From IMG/VR virus record IMGVR_UViG_3300042401_001747: a stretch of DNA of 64,000 nt. One strand, written 5' to 3'. This DNA is from a virus. Numbering within the stretch: position 1 is the stretch's first letter; the number at the start of each line of letters is the position of its first letter. Below, piece by piece: positions 63,001 through 64,000 of this stretch. The translations under genes were made by a program, and so were the position numbers. The notes under the pieces were generated by a model. It saw only the letters and a list, made by a program, of their open reading frames with translations. It was not told where the DNA came from and ran no database searches.

Positions 63001-64000
63001 TGTACTCAAGGTGTTTGGTAAACTTTAAAAGTTCTTCGTGCTTGCTTAAAGGAATGACCACTTCTGGCATAATCGGCAGTCCGTTGTCGTCTTTTTTTGC
63101 ATTTGGACTATCGACAACAAGTTTAATAAACTTAAGAGTTTCATTAATGATTTCCGCGTTGGTTCTGCAGAGAATCATGGTTGGAAGATTTGGAACTTCT
63201 TTATTTGCTTCCTCAACCCTGTCTACTACTTTTCCGGCTTTCGGCTCAAGGACGGAGTCTCTTAATTCTCTAAGTTTTTCATCCTGCTCTTTACGTGTTA
63301 ATTTTTTTCCAGCTTGCTTTCCAACCGTATGTATAGAGAAATTCAAACGCTTTTCTGGGGTTGAGAATTTTTCTTCTATATCTCTAAGCAGGAACTCGCG
63401 CGTGGCATCGTCAATTTCGTCAACCGGCTCAAGTCCTTTTCTGTCTTTTTTAGGAAGCAGTGGGTCGAAGAGCCTGTGTACAACAACCTGAGCCTTGCCT
63501 TTAACGTGCTTCCACGGCAGTTGAGGGACCCCCTGCTTGTCAAGGTAGAGGTTTTGCATACCTAGAACAAGGTTTGTCAGGTGTCCAACCACTTCCCCGT
63601 ATCTAAAAGATTCTGTAATTGTTAATTCGTAGTCAGCGTTTAGAGACTCAAGGATATTTTTTGCGTTACGGAACGCATAAACGGCTTGTCTGTCGTCTCC
63701 AACAACAACTATTGGAAGATTGGCTCTATTGTTATCAAGTACTGTTTCAAGAATTTCATTTGAATCTTGTGCTTCGTCAACAAAAAATGCACTGAGTGGT
63801 TTTTCTTCTGTTGCCATTCTCTTAGTTAGAGTAACTTGAACGTTTTTGCCTTTACTCTTTTTTCTTGTCTTGACTATCCATGTTTCGCCTTCGAATTCAT
63901 ACTCATCACCAACCGCATATCTGTCTGGGAGGGTTTTTTTACGCTCTTGTGACTCGGTGTGCGTTATTAAGCCCGGGTCTGTGCGAAGGTCGGGCTCAGT
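60020..64000 (-). CDS. giant protein (5'-truncated) with a UvrD/SF1 helicase domain
   Basis: Frame stays open to the window edge; VDEAQD, VGDDRQAVYAFR, ESFRYG, LCRTNA, TIQLSKGRE, NLIHVAFSRAK; Walker A must lie outside the window; one RLSSG. Confidence 0.85.
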   Translation of the reverse strand, partial: TEPDLRTDPGLITHTESQERKKTLPDRYAVGDEYEFEGETWIVKTRKKSKGKNVQVTLTKRMATEEKPLSAFFVDEAQDSNEILETVLDNNRANLPIVVVGDDRQAVYAFRNAKNILESLNADYELTITESFRYGEVVGHLTNLVLGMQNLYLDKQGVPQLPWKHVKGKAQVVVHRLFDPLLPKKDRKGLEPVDEIDDATREFLLRDIEEKFSTPEKRLNFSIHTVGKQAGKKLTRKEQDEKLRELRDSVLEPKAGKVVDRVEEANKEVPNLPTMILCRTNAEIINETLKFIKLVVDSPNAKKDDNGLPIMPEVVIPLSKHEELLKFTKHLEYIFMPQAEKDKRGLPEVSGWIGPIFDQGGLNRVINQKAGQQARSAFKLIMQKPPAGGSALGISGMLTLLNGKQKIEIDAKTGKEKIIVIPASILPERKSITLENFRKEPEEIDAISKASKAADAPQAKDSQLERIVIIPPPSNSTDGRQAVYAQLEITGGDAKNPGKPTGKIIITGDGVDTGRPQTLPDGSEGKNIPPNQRVGNGRYRRDLEKIILNLGLSEKVKIMQDAERGGPKGGAKRRAFDGFVIEGENLEESTKILNDIGQAMRDAAQGPGGDVEITTIQLSKGRESDFVAVAEDLGDPRDSLAANIPQGQAGLAFMEETNLIHVAFSRAKKMIDPGWKGFKYYLHDESTKDVRAAIKKAVADGHIPPELDKGAFGDKDGVSLPKFYEELNQMSLDDIGEDNLPNRETPEEKEIEIDPDLVIDVDKDINDVVHDPDDYESEVDIDDLIDADEMGDDGDSQMRLSSGTSNYPGPGRRLSRRMGVRSSSRVTPGAISAQDLAAIRISGDPNSAKNRRLIDFAMQTWAGFRERGIEINAESKDKTKNAMAEVGKAMKARQNRVRVGRVGDNLVNDSPSAETWMLSVDALAEQLRIPESFSMNGKVIRSRSATRQEIASLLGLSGQNKQKIENPDAGINHDAVRLLIAELGNQPGLEAWRYFAPVSRDEIKKIIPSPEGNTESITSEVDMAMENAGRANMRDRFIIETFGKDAFPYWFDQDEEEAISPDEYSQLGEVDERAMFRATGRFAADDPFEGDSEAEIDLYGQSFDELLNSPSLPDDGDEVMKIDKTNRKDFDVEPLIKYLGIDKKEWISRLSEILSEAFGVESTGVNSDWAKKGIPTATIAHMIRKGVLPNAADIWKEGKTGQLFDEELQRPKYAVYEALNEFIDKSFSKANRLNSIASRNKIIGATDMATALNDAAAAKGSAWGIKKGTEVVFSVSEMQTMVDKFNEVFGTTHTLDDIFSAEQLRTAKERIENGQTLYEGTRNKKK

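Noticed and set aside
1-64000. Stop-codon reassignment
   Set aside because: Conserved genes are intact under the standard code and end in TAA, TAG and TGA; no suppressor tRNA was seen.

Overview
This 64 kb window is part of a large tailed-phage (Caudoviricetes) genome. WhiB, an Rpf domain, actinobacterial-type SSB and RmlA, and several leaderless genes point to an actinobacterial host. Layout: (1) 1-10.9 kb is an early/accessory region of short ORFs, an SNF2 helicase and a DUF932-like gene, organised by a repeated GAGTAGATAA(C/G) / GTGAGAGATAA motif and a family of near-identical sigma70-type promoters. (2) 10.9-12.3 kb is a non-coding, strongly strand-asymmetric low-complexity tract with iteron-like repeats at a divergent transcription point (terminus or origin candidate). 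(3) 12.3-22.7 kb holds an Rpf+SLT muralytic enzyme, a complete rmlACBD operon, tRNA(CAU), a D-armless tRNA-like gene (UAU), thioredoxin and ssb. (4) 22.7-33.6 kb is a 3609-aa polyvalent protein. (5) 33.6-43.4 kb holds an HTH protein, primase-helicase, WhiB, class II RNR, HNH, tRNA-Arg and a nuclease. (6) 43.5-64 kb is the head module: HK97-fold major capsid protein, candidate head proteins, a 2897-aa giant and a truncated (>1326-aa) giant with a UvrD domain. Best candidate for an undescribed system: the three giant proteins carry 15 copies of a (R/K)L(S/A)SG pentapeptide, encoded by varied synonymous codons. In the 3609-aa protein these copies sit at the boundaries of enzyme modules (GNAT, DEDDh exonuclease, zincins, ADP-ribosyltransferases, a Cys-His-Asp domain). 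This suggests phage polyproteins processed at a dedicated site into a set of virion-delivered effectors. All domain names come from motif recognition by eye; no database searches were run.
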